Assembly: GCA_040289575.1 (NCBI GenBank)
Contig: PSLL01000031.1
Coordinates: forward strand, 2,949-25,027
Source: Candidatus Dadabacteria bacterium
GTDB taxonomy: Bacteria > Desulfobacterota_D > UBA1144 > Nemesobacterales > CSP1-2
DNA: 22,079 nt
Direction: 5' to 3'
Shown piece after piece: positions 19,103 through 22,079 of the stretch. The notes under the pieces are model-generated. The model was not told where the DNA came from. It was given only the letters and a program-made list of their open reading frames with translations, and ran no database searches. Within the stretch, counting starts at the first letter, position 1, and each line of letters begins with the position of its first letter. Position numbers and translations under genes: made by a program.

Positions 19103-20651
19103 GATTCCCCCCTGCCGATACAAGTTGTGTATTCTTATATTCAATAGGAATTGAGAATCGGAAAATAGACCCCTGTCCAGGTGTACTTTCGACCCAGATT
19201 CGACCCCCATGGGCCTCTACAATTCCGCGTGCTATAGCTAATCCCATGCCGGTACCCTCGCTACCCCGTTTGGGTAGTTGTTTTCCTCGATAGAATTTAT
19301 TAAAGATATAATCGAGTTCTTCAGGGGCAATTCCCGGTCCCTGATCCTTGACGCTAATGATCAACCCATCATCTCCTATGATTCCGGAGAGGGTGATTTT
19401 ACTGCCTGTAGGTGAATACTTAGCCGCATTTTCAATCAAATTTGTAAGGACCTCAGCCACAAGTCGGGTATCGATCCATACATTTAGCGATTCGTCATTA
19501 AGTTCTACCGTAACCTGATGGTCGTGAGTTACCGCTGCACATCGGTCGAGTACATTACTAAAGAGCTCTGATATAGAAATCCACTGTTTCGTAAGATGCA
19601 GTTCGCCGGATTCAATGCGTGCCATCTCAAGTAGATTTTCAACAAGCCTGATCAATCGATATGTCTCCTCACTAATAATCAAATGGAATTCGCGTATGGT
19701 CTCTTGACTCCAAAAAAGGTCTTCATTCAGGAGGCTATCTACCGCAGCACGGATGGCCGTCAGCGGGGTGCGAAGGTTGTGTGATACCGAAGCCAGTAGA
19801 GCCGATTTAAGTTCATCGCTCTGACGAAGGGCTTCTGTATGGCTCATTACTTGCAAAAAACGGGCTCGTTCGAGGGCTAGAGCTATAAGTCCTGCCACCG
19901 CTTCCGCCGTGCTTTCTTCAGTTGATGCCGATATTAAAATAACAACCCCGATCACGCGAACGCCTACTTTTAACGGGGCGTAAATCGCATTCGGTAGGAC
20001 CTTGGTTCTATCCAAGATAGACTCTCCATATGGGTCTAAGCCGCTGGCATGAGTTAATCTTAGCTCTCCAGTATCAAATACAGTCTTAATTAGATCCAGG
20101 TCCGGATTGAATGTATCTTTGAGCTCCGTAGCCATAGCTATCTGCTGCCAACCTTTTTCTTTTGGTACCCACACCGCACAGTATGAAACTGTAAATATCT
20201 CTACCACCTGTCGGGCCAGTGACGAGGAAGCGGTTTCCGAATCGGGTGTGACAATAAAGGCCTGGCTGAGCCGATATAATTTCCATACCTCCACGCGCCT
20301 CCTTTCTGCATCCCGTGCGCGTGCGTGCGCCATGGATGATAACTGACTTGCAACGATGGCTGTCACTAAGAAGACAAAAAGTGCCACCCAGTTTTGTAGA
20401 TCATATATTGTGAGCTTTCCGATCGGGGGTAAAAAGAAAAAGTTGAAGCATAGCATACCAGACACTGATGCCACAATAGCTGGGATGAGTCCATAAATGG
20501 AGGCTACGAGTAACACGACTAATAAGAGGCTGAGGGCCGCTGTAGTTGCATTAACACTCGTGATCAGTGACTTATAAAGGACCACCACAAAGGCCACACC
20601 GCCAATAGCTAATGTATAACCAATCCAGGTTTGACGTATTGTCCCAATCAT
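19095..20651 (-). CDS. kdpD: KdpD-like sensor histidine kinase (four-TM DUF4118, GAF, HisKA, HATPase; no N-terminal KdpD/Usp domains)
   Basis: 518 aa; TM region with CFNFFFLPP...WVALFVFLVTA, H-box SVSHNLRTPL, NLIENAAKYSP, DQGPGI, GTGMGLAI; adjacent to kdpE and near kdpC. Confidence 0.88.
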   Translation of the reverse strand: MIGTIRQTWIGYTLAIGGVAFVVVLYKSLITSVNATTAALSLLLVVLLVASIYGLIPAIVASVSGMLCFNFFFLPPIGKLTIYDLQNWVALFVFLVTAIVASQLSSMAHARARDAERRRVEVWKLYRLSQAFIVTPDSETASSSLARQVVEIFTVSYCAVWVPKEKGWQQIAMATELKDTFNPDLDLIKTVFDTGELRLTHASGLDPYGESILDRTKVLPNAIYAPLKVGVRVIGVVILISASTEESTAEAVAGLIALALERARFLQVMSHTEALRQSDELKSALLASVSHNLRTPLTAIRAAVDSLLNEDLFWSQETIREFHLIISEETYRLIRLVENLLEMARIESGELHLTKQWISISELFSNVLDRCAAVTHDHQVTVELNDESLNVWIDTRLVAEVLTNLIENAAKYSPTGSKITLSGIIGDDGLIISVKDQGPGIAPEELDYIFNKFYRGKQLPKRGSEGTGMGLAIARGIVEAHGGRIWVESTPGQGSIFRFSIPIEYKNTQLVSAGGNHD

Positions 20652-20840
20652 GATCTATCTGATTTCATCACATAATGATTCCTATATTATATACCGGGCT
20701 TCTTGCATACTTATCAACCTAATGGCCACTGACTAAGAAACAAATTTTAAAATTGATCCTTCAGCCATTTTTCTATTAAGGGTTTTTTAACCTAGTCGGG
20801 TTTAAATAGCTTTATTATTGCTTCTATTTTTTTTCATATG

Positions 20841-20860
20841 AAAACCCATTAAGGTGGGCT
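20841..20860 (-). terminator. Weak intrinsic-terminator-like hairpin
   Basis: Minus strand AGCCCA-CCTTAA-TGGGTT followed by TT, about 20 nt after the stop of the hypothetical ORF. Confidence 0.35.
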
Positions 20861-20881
20861 GTGAATCATCATCTCTAGGTA

Positions 20882-21241
20882 TTAGTAATATATGAGGCTT
20901 CTGATTTTTTGTTCCAATTCCTTTGATCTCCGAATTAATCTACACAGCCCTTCTCTAATTGTTTCTTCTCTGTGTTTTAACTTCAGGTTTCCTAGTGTCT
21001 TTGTAAGCTCATTTCTCAGATAATCTATGATTTCTTCCAAGTACTGCCGCTCAAGCATTGTTGTATAAAATTTCTTATCCCTTTTATTTAAACTTGGTAT
21101 AGAGTTTATTTCTATAATCTTTTCCCGAAATTTTTCGGTTTCTTTTAATTTAATTGTTTCCGTTATCAGCTTTTCGACCTCAGTGTTAGTCGGGCTTCCA
21201 GTGGACTCTCTTATGGCTTTCATGATTTCAAGCTCTGTCAT
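20882..21241 (-). CDS. Hypothetical charged, probably alpha-helical protein
   Basis: Open frame 20882-21310; a plausible ATG at 21241 gives 119 aa rich in E/K/I/L; co-oriented with the kdp genes. Start uncertain, no recognisable motif. Confidence 0.55.
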   Translation of the reverse strand: MTELEIMKAIRESTGSPTNTEVEKLITETIKLKETEKFREKIIEINSIPSLNKRDKKFYTTMLERQYLEEIIDYLRNELTKTLGNLKLKHREETIREGLCRLIRRSKELEQKIRSLIYY

Positions 21242-21361
21242 TCCAGTGTTTGAGCTGTCTGCGTTAAATAAAGCCCGACCGAAAGCGGATGTTGAGCACA
21301 GCACACGCAATCTACTTCATTAAGTATCGGAAAAAAGCCCTTTTTGAACCCATCTGTACAC

Positions 21362-21943
21362 TCACCTAGGCATTGGGTGAACTGCATCAAGGGCGAGGTT
21401 CAGTTCAAGCACATTAACGCGCGGCTCACCTAGGAAGCCAAATTGCCTTCCTTCCGTATGTTCCTTCACAAGTCGCCGTACCTCTTCAGGACTCATCCTC
21501 CGCTCGCGTGCCACACGCGCGATCTGGAACTCCGCCGCCGCCGGGGTGATATGTGGGTCGAGTCCCGATCCGGAGGATGTAACTAGATCAACGGGGATAG
21601 GAGTTTGGGGGTTTTCTTTTCTAAGGGTTTCAGCCGCGCCTTTCACATTATCAATAAGCTTTTTGTTTGTTGGGCCATAGTTAGTTCCACCTGAGGCCAT
21701 CGGGTCATAGCCATTTCCGGCGGCAGATGGCCGTGAATGAAAATACCCCGGCCCATTAAAGGTCTGCCCGATTAGCCTTGAACCGGCAATTTCCCCGTTT
21801 TTATATATGAGACTCCCTTGGGCTTTGCTCTTAAATAGCACCTGTGACAGACCGGTGACTAGAAGTGGATAAATGACGCCGGTTATCAATGTGAAAATCA
21901 ACATTATCATTACCGCGGGATAGATTTGTTTGGGTAAATTCAT
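21362..21943 (-). CDS. kdpC: Potassium-transporting ATPase subunit C
   Basis: 193 aa; GSRLIGQTF...YFHSRPSAAG, ASGGTNYGP, DLVTSSGSGLDPHI, GEPRVNVLELNLALD; GAGGAG RBS. Confidence 0.98.
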   Translation of the reverse strand: MNLPKQIYPAVMIMLIFTLITGVIYPLLVTGLSQVLFKSKAQGSLIYKNGEIAGSRLIGQTFNGPGYFHSRPSAAGNGYDPMASGGTNYGPTNKKLIDNVKGAAETLRKENPQTPIPVDLVTSSGSGLDPHITPAAAEFQIARVARERRMSPEEVRRLVKEHTEGRQFGFLGEPRVNVLELNLALDAVHPMPR

Positions 21944-21964
21944 TGTGTATCTCCTCTGTTAAGA

Positions 21965-22079
21965 TCAGGCTAAACCGATCAGACTAATAATCACATCAAT
22001 TATCTTAATTCCCAAAAAGGGTACGATGATACCCCCCACTCCATAGATGAACAGATTACGCCGCAACATGGCGGGCGGA
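21965..22079 (-). CDS. kdpB: Potassium-transporting ATPase subunit B, 3' end (partial)
   Basis: Minus strand reads [34 protein letters not shown], the conserved KdpB C-terminus; stop at 21965-21967. Confidence 0.95.
   Translation of the reverse strand, partial: PPAMLRRNLFIYGVGGIIVPFLGIKIIDVIISLIGLA

Noticed and set aside
19103..19210. N-terminal extension of kdpE in the ORF track (266 aa)
   Set aside because: It overlaps the kinase C-terminus; the receiver domain and RBS point to ATG 19102.
21242..21361. Possible riboswitch (c-di-AMP or c-di-GMP) downstream of kdpC
   Set aside because: I could not find the conserved motifs of either family; only weak hairpins. A cmsearch against Rfam would settle it.

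Overview
Bacterial chromosomal window, probably from a deltaproteobacteria-like lineage such as Ca. Dadabacteria (an inference from protein style only). Left part: 3' end of atpF, then atpH-atpA-atpG-atpD-atpC, an orphan HicB-like gene, and a convergent rplM-rpsI-ino1 operon. Middle (about 8.0-16.8 kb): a heavy-metal/copper export cluster behind a near-consensus sigma70 promoter. It contains a small His/Cys-bearing leader-like membrane ORF, a terminator-like hairpin, a TolC/CzcC-type outer membrane factor, a periplasmic adaptor with no alpha-hairpin, a CopB-type (CPH) P1B-ATPase, a CzcA/CusA-type RND pump and a CopI-like cupredoxin. The ATPase and the RND pump together carry three frameshifts, while all flanking housekeeping genes read intact. 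Right part: TPR protein, ihfB-like gene, tRNA-fMet, and a minus-strand kdp locus (kdpB end, kdpC, unknown ORF, N-terminally truncated kdpD, kdpE). The best leads are a candidate metal-sensing leader-peptide/attenuator module, the hairpin-less adaptor, apparent real decay of the efflux cluster, and palindromic elements in three atp spacers.
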